A DNA stretch of 64,000 nucleotides from contig CM074522.1 of assembly GCA_037379345.1 (NCBI GenBank), forward strand, positions 11,532,001 to 11,596,000, given 5' to 3'. The notes beneath the pieces are model-generated. The model saw only the letters and a list, made by a program, of their open reading frames with translations, did not search any database and was not told the origin of the DNA. Of the stretch, positions 10,001 to 23,617 are shown in pieces. Positions within the stretch are counted from its first letter, which is position 1; each line of letters opens with the position of its first letter. Source of the DNA: Perna viridis. Taxonomy: Eukaryota. Both the position numbers and the translations under genes were made by a program.

Positions 10001-13000
10001 ATCAATCAATCAAACAAACTTGATATATTAAAACGGGGAACCGTGGATAGGAGACTTTCAAACATACATAACATGTCTTATCTACATAAAACCGAATAAA
10101 GTTTAAACAAATAAGACAAAAACTCCCAAAATCAATAAAAGATAGTGGCGTAGTAGAGTTTGAAAGGATCAACTTGTATTTTTTTATTTACCCTGTATGC
10201 TTGTTTCAGCCCTCCGTTGTCTGCAATATTTTCCCCTTGCGTTTGCAAACCATTCAACTGAAATTTGCAAATATCGTGTATTAAAAATTAAATGGCATAC
10301 ATCTACATGGATTATAAGACGGGTGTATTTCTGTAAAATACACGTAATTCAAGAACGACCAAACACTGCTAAATCCATTTTTAGAGTAAAACTGAATAAA
10401 TATAAACGTACGCAGTTTAATCTATCTTTTATACATGTGTGCATACTGGTCAGGTATTAGAAATAGCTTTGTTTTCGTCCTAGTCGTTCGGCATGTTTTT
10501 AAATATTTTTAGCAGAACTAACTATGGGAAGGATCAGGGATAAAAAAAATCATTATTCGTTGTTTTCGAAAAGTGGTGAACATGTGGTAAATCTTTATGA
10601 CAGCTGAAACAACAACTTATTCTTATAGGACACACACAGTTAAAACAAAGCAATAAATGGAAGACTAAGTTAGCTCTACCAAAATATGCGGGACAAATGT
10701 ACAAAGAGACCTGATGACCACTTAATACTCTGAGTACTAGTCCTGTATGGGTATACAAATTAATTTGATGATTTTTCTATAAGAGTTTTAAAATTATAGA
10801 AATATGCTAAGACTTACATTCATATTGGCTTCCTCGACCGTAAAATTACTGTATTGGTCAATTATACACTGTGCCTGGTTCTTAAATCTCTTGATGACGT
10901 CACTGTCCCACCATTGTTTCAAATTACCGTTCTTATCAAACTGACGACCTGAAAATACCAACATCATATGGTTTTAAAGAACACAAAGGTTAACATAAAA
11001 TAACTGGAGGTTGACAGGACCAAGGTCCTAAAATCTGTTCAGTATAGTCATATTATGATAAACGTTTGTTTTTGATTGCAGAAGGATACATGGACAAAAG
11101 TGCGGTTCATGCTATATTTCGGAGAAAAATAACATCAACAGAAGACTATGAACGAAAATGGGTACATGGGCCTCTGATTTAGACATAATTATGTGAGAAA
11201 AGTCCGAATAAAAAAATGCTTCATGTATCGGGTCAACATTTACTGCTTTTCCAAGAATGTGGAAAGTAAAACATATATCATGATGATTTGAAAATGTTGA
11301 TCATTCGACAAAGGTTATACCACTACCAGACCAGTAGTTAGTTAGAGTCCCGTGTAATTGAAAAAGTTCGCATCAGAATTATACGACTAGTGCCCATAAT
11401 TGATGTGTAATATTTTAGTTATATTTCAAGCCCTTGTCTCCTGAGGGTACTTCCATCAGAAATTGTATTATGTGCCGGAAGAGCAGGGTCTATTTTTTAC
11501 AAATGAGTCGTCATGAACAGGGTTGCATTTTCTGACCTTGTCAATCACAAGATTACTTTACTAAAAGTATAACAGTATTACATTGAAAAGCAGTATACAG
11601 CAGTATAAAATTTTACCATTGAATGTAACTGACATACTATGATTTTCCAATTTTCAGGGTCATTAACACATTTCGGTTTAAGCACCATAATCGGCACATA
11701 TATACCCATTTTTGTAAGATGAGTAATCCCCTGGCACTTGTCAACCCTCCATATATTTAGAGGGATTAAAGCTTACGTCAACATAAAATGAAACATAATA
11801 CCTCTATCGTCAAATCCATGGGTAATTTCATGTCCTATTACCATTCCAATGCCTCCGTAGTTCAGGGATCTAAGATAGATATACTAGGTTGAATATTATG
11901 AAATATTAGGTAATTATTTGTAAGTTTTAAACGACGCTATGTTATGTTAAACGACAAATAAATCAATAATATCTTACAAGAAATAAAATTGTAATTAGTT
12001 TTAGTATTACTAATAAATAAACTTTGATTTTCGATAGGTTTTTAATACTACACCAGACATCCATAAATGTTTAAATACACTTTTTTGCTGAATAGTGCTC
12101 ACTTTGGATATCCCTTTCCGTAAAACGGTGGCTGCAATATACCTGCTGGGAACACTGAAACAAAAACAAAACATTCGAGTAAAATTAAAAGAATATATTC
12201 AAAGGACAAAGACTAGAAAGGGAAAACAGACACACACAGCAAAGAACACGAAAGAACAAAAATAATACGTACAAAGCAGCAAAAGTATATGAGCCATCCA
12301 GAATCAACTCAAAATTTGGAGTATATATCAGGTGCAGTGTAAGCGTCCTCTGCATTTCAAGAAACAACCGTCGAGTTACTCATTAAATGTCACGACCGCG
12401 ATGACTTGAAGTTTGTAGCAAAATAGCCCTGTTCCTAAAACCTGTTTGTTTGAAGTCTAGCATGGTACAAAAAGTCTCCGTTATTATTTCAAGCTCGTGC
12501 ATAACGTATGAGTTGTGATATGAAAAATCCATATACAGATGACGTATATGGATAATGCAGCAGATGAAAAGAATATGGACAATATGGAATGAGATGTCAT
12601 CGCTTTTGTTGTACAGTCCGGTATTGAGGTCTCCTTTTTCATCGATCTCAAAGTGTAGTCAAGATATGAATCTGACTGTACATTGTCTGTAGTGTTTTTA
12701 ATCTCAAGTTCTTTTAGTTTAAACACATTTATTAAGTAATTTGCAAATTTTAACATCAAGTTAAAACAATAGTATGAAATGGATAATAGGAAATTAATTA
12801 CAGGATTCAGAAACAAGACTTAAAGTCTTATATCAATCCGTCTATTGAAATCATGAATAATTATATTATTGATATATAGCATAGCTCAAGGAAGTAGTGC
12901 TCTAGTGCTCATAACGTACATTTGGCGATTTAGGTGCAAAGTGAAGAGGTTGATATTTAATGCTCTAATTTTCAAAATTATTCAAAAGAAGTATCTATGT

Positions 13001-16000
13001 AATTGAGGTTGTCATTTTGAAGCGTTTGCTCTTTTATAGTAGATGCGACGTATTACATCCCCGAAACAAGGATCAGTTTAAAACAGAAAGTAGCGGAGAA
13101 CGATTTGTTCCCCGTTTATTTACAAACACATCAAATACACTTATCGAATATGTTGTCGATCATATACTACGTATGTGTATCGAAATTAATTTCCGGTAGG
13201 ACGAAAATACTCATCGAGCAACAATTCAATAAAATCAATTCACACAACAAAAGCATATAAATGCAATAACAAACAGCAAATTAGGATTGATCAGCTCATT
13301 CTTAAATAAATTAATTTGAGATAAATACTGTAATCTGATTGGTTAAAATAATTTTGTTATATCTCAATGGATAAAAAATATATTGACACGCCCCTATTCA
13401 GTTAAATACAGAGCTACTTTTCTCATGTTTAAAGATAAAAATATGTTTTAAAATTAATTCATAATTCAATAGACAAAAGTTTTATTTTTGCCAATTCCTA
13501 AGTGGATAGTCAGGTACAAAAATATTCCTGGCCATCAACAAACCTGTTTCAGTAGAACAAGCGCTACCTTTGTTGATATGTTAAATAACTGCAAAAGTTC
13601 TGTTTAAAAAAAACAAAAAGTAAGCATAATTATAACAAATTTAGTATGTGGAAACAATATGTCAAACAAATGACCTTCTAAACAGACGTGTTTACTTGCT
13701 GTGAAGGAAGGGATAGGAAATGTTGGGCATGGACTTTCTGTTGAATATATCGCAATGATATACTCACTTATTTGATTTTTTGAAGAACTGTAAAATGCAT
13801 TTATCACAACTGGAGTCGTAGACCATCTGAAATATTAACAAAAAAATAAAGTAAAGAATAATGTACATTAATTTTAACAGCACAAAAACTATTTCAGCAA
13901 AAAATACGAAAAATCACGGTTATTCCTGATTTATTTAACCATTTGTCCAAAATATAAAACATGTGTCGGTTTTTTGGCGTGATCTTTCTTTGCAAGTCAT
14001 TTTCAAAATAATTGCTAACAGTGTGAATGACTGTAATTGTTGTAAAAGTATTTGCATTTTGAATTTCTTCATGAATCAGGAATTTCCTGATATTGCAATA
14101 AAAAAATTAATGACAAAAACGAAATGATAATGCTTGGAAAAATTCTAGTAATTTATAAATGACTTGTCTCGAACAAATTCGCATGCATGGACATGCATTT
14201 ACCAAATCAACAAATGTTATTGTTAATTGTTTTTACCGGATAGTTATCTTTCTTTCTATGGCTTGTGTTTCACTAAAGAAAACATTGAACTACCAGCCAT
14301 TGAATTACCAGACAACTCTAACTTAAGATATTATTTTCTATCACTGAAATCGCTTATAGATGGGGAAACTTTAGTAAATGCACAATTAAGAAAACCTCTT
14401 TATAAATCTTCTTTATGTATTTAAATCACATTTTGTTCAACTGATAGATAATATCACATACCTTGTTCTGTCGACAGGTTCCCGTAGCGTTCCAAGAACG
14501 GTCAGTGCCGTACTTCTCAAATTTGCTAATACATTTTCAAAATACGTATCAGGGTTATACGATACCTAAAATAGATGTACCAAGAATTAGAGGTTTAAAA
14601 GACATTTTTATTCCTTTGTTATTGTTTCACGTCATTTAGAGATGATCAGAAAATTATTTCTAGATCATGAAAGAACAAATGTCTTATGTACTGTTTTCAG
14701 TGTGCTTCGTGGCGTTTGTTCAATTATTATTATTTTTTGTTGTGTGTACAATAACTACAAATAGAGTTGTCTTTCACTTCATTTTACTTCATTTGTATTG
14801 AGGAAATTATGAAGGAGATTATGAATCATGGCAACTTATAAAAGTGAGAAACATAAGCATATTCTTCTAACGAAGCTTAATCCCAGTGGGCACCTTATTA
14901 TAGTAAGCATCCATACACGAAGACCCAACCGCGTTGTTAACTTATTACAGTTACCAACCATAACATAAAGCCTCAACCATGTCCACATCATATTATAATG
15001 AGCAACCATACACGAAATCTAAACCTTGTGGCCAGGTTATCAAACTGAACAACTATAGCACGCAGCCAGATAATATTTACTGTTTTGTAGTTGTCGTCTA
15101 ATGCTGTATCATTTAATATAAATGCAGGGAAACCTATTTTTTCTGCCATTGCATCAGCCTGAAAAAAGAAATCACAGTCATACAATACAATCTGAAACCG
15201 CAAATGTTGGATATGACCGCTTAATTACAATATTCTGCAACACTCAGTATGTTACCAATATTTTAACATTTTCATAGACATTTAGTAAGGTGTACAGTTT
15301 GTTGACAATAACTACATATATGTATGACAGCAGATATTCATTAGTCGGTACTTATCAAAAATAAAATTAAAAAGTAATGCATTTAAACTGAGTTTCAAGC
15401 ACAAACAAATATTTGATGGGTTACCAGAGAAAAATTAAACGTGCAATTGTCTTCAAAAATAACTTTTGAAAATGCACCGCTTGAGAGGTTATACATACTT
15501 TTTTCCTTTACAGATGAATTGGATACTTTACACAAAATGATCTTAAATTAAGCCAGTATTTCTGCAGTCTTTTAACGGAAAATTACCTTTTCGTTAGCTA
15601 CAAGCCTTGTTTTATTGTCCATCCATTCTGCTTCCTCTAATAGTTCAGCAAACGCTGCTCTTATTCCATGTATCATATCCAACGCCTACAAAAATTGAAA
15701 TTTCGAAATGCACCCAATATAATGTGTGGAGCGACATTTTTTTTCAAATTGAAATTTGATTCGTTATACAGTTATTGGTTACAATAGCGCCATTATGTCT
15801 ACTCTACATTCAGCCAGAAATTTATCCCAACATGAATCCCCAAAAAAATATGAGAAGCGTTTACGATTGGTAAATAAAAAAGAAAAAAAAGATGTACAAA
15901 CAGTAAGGAACCAAATATACTGAATTTGAAAGCTAGTAGCACATATATGTGTATTTTATGATGGAGTCCTTAAGGCTAAGGGTGGTGGCTACTGAAAGAA

Positions 16001-19000
16001 TAATATTTGGAAAAGTATCCCCTTTCTGAGCCTTTATTTACGTAAAGAAACGCCGCATGGTATTGTGTTTGTTTCTAATTTTAAAATTTAAATGCTATAC
16101 GGTTGTATTTTAGCAACATTGCGTCAGATTAGAGAAATTTCATCCAGATCTATTTTGAGATTTAAGTGGAAGTAAGGACCCCCCACAATAAAAAGAATTG
16201 TGAATCGTGTTTCATTAAATGGCAGCATTGATATTGCCTGGCTTTTATGTTTTCCATTTCAGGTAGAAACATATATTTATTAATGATGGATTGATTGATT
16301 GATTGTGGGGCTTAACGTCCGAGCAGCAATATTTCAGCTATATTCAGGCGATGAACATGAAATGTTCAAATGAAAAAAAGGGATGAGACACACGATAATA
16401 GGATCGACAAATTTTAATTGCCACAAGATAAAAAGAATGGATGGGTAGGGTCGGGCAATTTAGCCTCTTGTGGCGGAGCGCAAAGGTTCTTACTCTCATC
16501 GAAAACCGCAATGTTCTTTAACGTGCGAGGAAAGTGGCATCTTTCCCAACACGGTGCACCACTATGGTTTGCGGTCAGCTTTTCCATATTCAATCACCTG
16601 GGGCACTTATCCCAGTTGCTCTGGAGGCAGGCCGGTACCCCCCGGCTAGGTTTCTGAGTTCTATTTAGTCACCTTTTACGACAAGCTTAGCGCTGCTGCA
16701 GGCCTATTTTTTTGACAGCCGGTCCTGCACAGGGCTACTTATTAATGACGAAAACCTTTTTTGTTTATATGCAAGGTAAATGTACAGTATTACTAAATTT
16801 CTCATGCGTTAGTCTATTGTATATGTAGATGTCATATTTGTCTCTCTCCTTTCAATATTTATTATGAGGTTTGTTCAATTCTACTGAGGAAAGTTCTTAG
16901 TTTATAAAATCGCAAACGTACAATCTCCCTTGCATCCTCATCAAAATGTTCCTCCACAAAAATCCGACCAACTGCATTTCCAATATTGTTATTTACGTAG
17001 GCAACACATTCTCGCCATCTTGATAACTCTTGTTCTGATCCGTATACAGTCTGAAACAGTATGGCAAAAGTATAACATTTCTGTTTCCTGTTACCCCACC
17101 TACCATTTTTTCCCCCTATTTTAAACATTTTATGACCATTTTAGCTAAAGCATTGTTATAGTCTAGATTGGCACCCCATTAACTCATTGTAAAATGTTTC
17201 TGAAAAAAATCAAATAATTTCCCTACCTACGCATCCTTTTTTCTTGCTTATAGCAGGTAACAGGACTATTATTATCTTTGGCTCAACAATTTTTATAAGA
17301 TACAATCAGAAATGAAAAAAATATTGAGAGTGCCATGTTATATCTTACTATGGGGTATATATTCCCAATGATTGCTTATTTACAAGGATGGTTATACACA
17401 CTGAATCAATGATTGATTGATTGTTGGGGTTTAACTTCCGAGCAGCAATATTTCAGCTATATTCAGACGATGAACATGAAAAGAATGATAAAATGAACAT
17501 GAAATGATGAAGAAATGAAAGAAGGGATGGGATCCAAGGATAGTAGGGTCGACAAATTTTGATTGCCACTAGAAAAGGGGAGGGATGGGTAGGGTCGGGT
17601 AATTTAGCCTCCTGTAGCGGAGGGCAAAGGTTCCTACTCCGGGAGAATACCACAGCAGGGTTCTTTAACGTGCGAGGAACGTGACATCTTTCCCACACGG
17701 TGCACCACTATGGTTTGCACTCAGGTTTTCCGTATTATATCCTGACAACCCCAGCATATGACACGCAGGGGGTACCACATTCCACCACCTGGGGCACACA
17801 TCCTGCTTGCTATGTGGGCAGAGCGCTTAGCCCCAGGCTAGATTTCTGAGCACTATTTAGTTGCCTTTTACGACAAGCTTAGCGTTGCTGCAGGCCTATT
17901 CATTTAACACCCGGACGTGCACGGGGTCACTGAATCAAAGCTTTGTTTTCGTATTTTCGTTTTCAATGACTCAGTGAAAGTAACCTATTTCGTTAGTTAT
18001 TTTTGTACATGAACATTGTGAAACACATTTATTTTGTTAATAAAAAAAACACTTAAGGTTTTTTCCGGTAAAGCATTTTTGCTGCAGTAAGGGAAAAATG
18101 AAAGCCAAGGGAACCAAGATTATAGCGGTAATCAAAAGAAGATAATCAAAGGACAAAGACATGGAAAACAGACATACACAAAAAAGAACATAAAGTAACT
18201 GAATACATACAAAGTAACAAAAGCAAATGAGCAACTCGGACTCCACTAAAAACTGGGAGCATGGACCAGGTGCACCGGTAGGGTAAGCGCCCTCTGCTTT
18301 TCTAGAAACACCCGCCGAGTTGCTCATAAAAAGTCAAGTCCGGGGTAGGCAAACGAGGAAAGGAAAACAATGATCCCTTGAATAAATCAGTTTTCAGATG
18401 GATACACCATAACGATGCACGAGTTCATGATGACGACTATAAAACGTCTGTAGTGATAACTTCAATCTTGTAGCAACATAACCCTGTTCCAGAAGCATAT
18501 TTGTTGGAGTTCTACCGCAATACAAAAAGTAGTTTCGGCAAGCTCTGGCATGACGTAAGAGTTGTAATATGAACACTCCATACGCAGGTGCTGAAGGGTT
18601 GCTAGGCATTGTCATTCCTATAGGTAACTGTAAAGGAACTGTAAGGGAAGTAACTCTAGATAGAACTGAAGAATCAAAATCAAATACAATAAATTATTGA
18701 ATTACTGCTAATTTGTAGTAGAATTTTTTTTTACATATTCCTTTTATACAAATTTACGTTTTAAATGGTTTTCAGATAGACATACACCTTACTTTATGAT
18801 ATTCTTTCTGAACTGATCTATAAACTTCCGGTAAATCAGCTATTCTGTTCATGAGGATAATCCATATCAAATAATTTGCTAACGTTCTACAAAAAAAAAT
18901 CAATACAATACCGTAAAAAAAATAAAATATCAATGCAATACCGTAAACAAAAGTATACTACATATTTATATCCTGTTCAGACAATCTAAAAACAATTTGT

Positions 19001-22000
19001 TTGTTACTTCATAGTTTAACAACTAACTACTCTTTCCTCTTCGTCTCGGGTAAGATATAAGGCTGCAATAGTTTCTCTCAACTTTTGTTTGTCTGTCATC
19101 AATTTCTGTGCCTCTCCCCATGCAAACCCTCTATATTTCTGCTCTCCAACGACTGTGATACGTTATTCTTGGAAGTATTTTTTCATGTCACTTATTATTT
19201 TATGTAGCATTCACCTCCATATAAAAGCGCAAACTTTGCTGTTAAAGAATTCAATCTTTGTTTTCAGAGAATGTAGGTTGGACATCCAAATTGGAGGCAA
19301 GATCGACAGAGCAGCCGTTACTTCCCCGCTTTGAAAATTTACTAAGCATATGTATACTCTTTCATTTTTCTGGTATAGTTTAACAAGTTACGAATTAACC
19401 AAAGAAATTTAAGAAAAGTAAAATAATTTTTAAAAGAAATGATTTAATGTCTTTTATTAATAATCGATTTCGTAATACTTCCGGTAAAAGTTTTTTCCCG
19501 ATTAAACCCGACAACATCTATATCTGTTTCCCTCTAAAGAAATGCTGGGAATGGCCTATTATGACTTACTTTAGTACAAATTTGTATTATTTATCTCTAC
19601 AGACCCAATAAGTTGATTGATTGATTGTTGGGGTTTAACGCCCGAGCAGCAATATTTCAGCTATATTCAGGCGATAAGTAATGCAACTTTTTTCACTGCT
19701 TGATTTATCGAGAAAAGTATTGCACTATCCTTGCGAAAGTTCTCACTGAAATTTTTCAGAAACAATACAGAAAGGTCTTCTTTATTTCAGCGTTTATTGA
19801 AATTTTCCGGTTTTAATGTTTTCAACATAGATCTTCTGTTTGAAGAAAACCAGATTATTTAACTTGTTGTGAAGATGAGTAATACAGTGTGTACTTACCG
19901 TTTACTTGTTCTGTTGACGATGTCAATCATATTTTTGAGGTAGTCAGGTGCATAGACGACAATTTCTTCAGACAGGCTAATAGTTTTATTTACTGGTGTA
20001 AAAAGTGATTCTAGGTATCGCATCCAATCAAACTAATAAAAAATAAATGAGAACATAGCTTATTGAAACTTTCATTTTGTGGTATGAAAAGGTATTTTTG
20101 TCATTTTAAGGTGAAGGCCCTTTCTATATGATTATTCATTTGAGGTGAAACCCCTTTAAACACGGGCATCAATTTCCATAGTAACATCATTTTTATTAAT
20201 TCATGGGAATGGGTTAAGAGAAGCAATGATATAACAATTAATACTATCTCGTATGAACATATTATTTTCATTGAAATATCTGAAACAGATTTTTAATTCA
20301 GACTCGGTACACGAAGATACAATTTGTTTCGAAACCAATTAATCTTGTCTTACGCTAATTCCGAATCTGTTATTATTTTTGTTACAAATTGCATAAAAAA
20401 TGTTGTATTGTAAAATAGAATGATACCCTGAGTATTTACCGTTAACGTGTTGAATTTTGCGGTTGCTAATTTTCGCGGATTTTGTACAGTGGACATATTG
20501 CCAGGTATTAATATTCGCGGTATAAAAATTTGATAAAGCGTTATATAGTTTTGATTTCGCAGGTACTATTCCCCCACCCCTTTAGGTTCACCGCGAAATC
20601 AATACGTTTACAGTTATCGAAAAGCTCATCTGAACTCAGTAAATCGTCTACAAATTAGTATATAGACAAAATAATGTAGACATAATATTTTTTGCATATT
20701 ATATATGAATAATATAGTATGTTGATAAATACCCCAGGCCAAGTATCTTGCATTGTCTTTATTGTCATTTTATTGTATAACTTCTCATTGTCTCTCCTCT
20801 GGTCTTGTGATATGGTTATCTGTTATGAATAAAAACAAGAATCACTAACGATACAAAAAAACAACAAACAAACTGATAATTACAACTTTCGAGCAACTTG
20901 AGTTCCACGCACAATGACGCATACATGTAAAGTTACAGCTACAGCAGAAATAAAATGAAATACATAATATTTAGATGAATTTGCAATCGACAGTTGCATT
21001 TGTTTACATAATATCATGCTGATGCTCTGATACTTATATTTTCAAATGACAATTTTACATCAAATCAACTTTTATGTCGCCAATAAAAGAATAACGTCAG
21101 TTTTGAGCATCACGACATAATATCACACATCACGCAGTCGGGCATGTTTTCTTTCTTTATTTTTTTGTTTGTTTGCTTGTTTTTGTTTTGTTTCGACATC
21201 AAGACAGCTATTATTGCGTATGCATCGTCTAGTTTTACTTATCTATAATACCTACATTTGCTAGATCAACCTCCAATTGAACCATATCTCTCATATCTTT
21301 CTCGGCAACTGTTGTATTGGCACCTATCATTACCGCTACATTCTTAGCAAATCTATGATACATCTTAACAATCGGATCCTCCAAGCCTTTCAGATAATAA
21401 TCTCTTGACGGCATTGCTAACTCTGGTTGATCTATCTGTAAGAGTAGTCAAAGGAACAATGATTCGAACGGAAATCCAAATGACATATTCGAAGGATAAA
21501 GACTAAAAATGGAAAACACACTACAAAGAAGATAGTGCAATCACAATAACACATACAAAGAAACAAAAGTAAATAAGAAATACGGACTCCACTATAAACA
21601 TGAAGCCTGGACCAGATGCCCAAGCAGAGGTATGCGGCCTTTGCTTTTCTACAAACAACTGCCGAGTTGCTTATAAATATCAGTCCAGGGCGGGGGAGAC
21701 AAAAGTTGAAAGGAAATCTATGACACAGTGATCAAATTGTTCTCATTGTGTAGATGGATATACCATAACGTTCCATGAGTTTATAACGACAATAAAACGT
21801 CTCCAGTGATGACCTAAATATTGTAACAACATAACTTTAGGAAGTCAAACACGGTACAAAAAGTCCGTTAAGTAAAGTATGACTTGTTATATAAAAACTA
21901 CACATGCGAAGGATCTGGTTAAACAATGTTTCCTGCTTCGGATCAGATCAGCTATAAAGCCAGTCTCATAAGAGTAAAGGAATAGGTCAGCGAGTAGCTG

Positions 22001-23566
22001 TGCACAATTTGTTTGCATTGGAATGTTGACCGTCTGTACACACTGCACAAATATGTCGTTGATTAAAAAAATTCATGCATTTTGACATGTTTGGAAGATG
22101 TTTTGGAATTTTTTTTTCAAAGTATGAGACATATCTGCCTAGTAATACGTATTTGTACCTAGGTATACCATTTGTTTTCTAATTTAGTAACAACGATGTA
22201 TCATGCTTTTAAGTCGATTTTTTTCAACTTATTATGGAGAATAGTAATATATTAGGTGAAAACTTATAGATCTTGATATTATTACAGTCTGATAATAATT
22301 TAGCATTGTGGTTTTGGGAAGATCTTTCGAATTTTTCAGGATTAACATTGAACTTATACCACTACGGAAGTAACAATTGGTTTGATAAGACTGACAATCC
22401 TCTGTGACAGATGTGAGTACGGAATTTATAGTTTCGAAGGAGACTGTGTATTACATTTTGCAGATCCCGCTATGACGCGAGGCTCGTATAGATTCTTGTG
22501 GAGTTTTGGACGGTTTATCACAATTGTCGTATTTAGTAGAGAAACCAGAGGCAGGCGTCAATTTCTTAAATTGTTTTGGTTATATTAGTTGATGCATTAC
22601 ATGATTACGTCCATTTTGTATTTCTTGATTTGTAATTACGTTTAGCTATAAGATTGAACAACACAAATATATAGAATACAAATAAAATATGTAAAGAGAG
22701 AGCACCTGTTGACGATTAGATGATATCTATTTGTTGTATGTTTAATTCTATATAGCTGCGTGGGAGATTGTCTCAGGCAAGGACACCACACCCAATATCT
22801 TACCTCTTTTAAAATGTTATTAACGGTGCCAATAGCAGAATTAAATACATTGTTATATAGTCCTGATCCAAACAGACTTAAATATAATTAAATACGGTAT
22901 CTAAACCAAAACAAAATTTAATTCAAATAACATTAGTATTGAGTTATCGATCGATTTCTAGTACATACATGTTAACGTTATGGCTATGTTAAGTTCGACA
23001 AGGCTCATACCTGGATGATATTGACCTCAGAATTTTTATCGTCGGCACTGACCCACTGATCGATGAGAATCTTATAGTTATAAAATCTCAGTTTTACGAG
23101 CAGATCAATCAAGTCGAACTTATCCTCAGACCAAAGTGGTTCTAATACCGGCCATCCTCCAAGCTCCTGTATTAAGTTGTGTACAGGCTCAAGACCTCTT
23201 TCATTGATGATGGCTGGAATCGTACAATGTACATTTAGTTGTCGTATGAAAAGTACTTCTTCGCTTTAGACTCACGTTAATAAAAAAAAGATAAATAGTT
23301 GATTTTTTTTCAACATAGTTTGACCCATTTATGACAGAATTACTAAGTTGGGAAATTCAAATGGAATAAGTCAAAGCAGTTTAGTCTTTTGGCTAATATT
23401 ATGACATTTATGTAAGCTACATATTACTACACAATCAGACATTTTTTTGAAAATTTTATTATTAATTATATGTATTCTATAATAACTTATGGAACATATG
23501 TACTCTACCTTAAACGTTGACCAAAAATAAGATCTGATAATGATCACCATTTGTATGGTTCTTAGC

Positions 23567-23617
<51 letters not shown>

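Noticed and set aside
18290-18335. SECIS element in the PLE 3' module (AUGA...AAAA...GA on the minus strand)
   Set aside because: The AUGA is Watson-Crick paired in the 13-bp stem instead of forming a GA quartet, and the spacing to the AA run does not fit.
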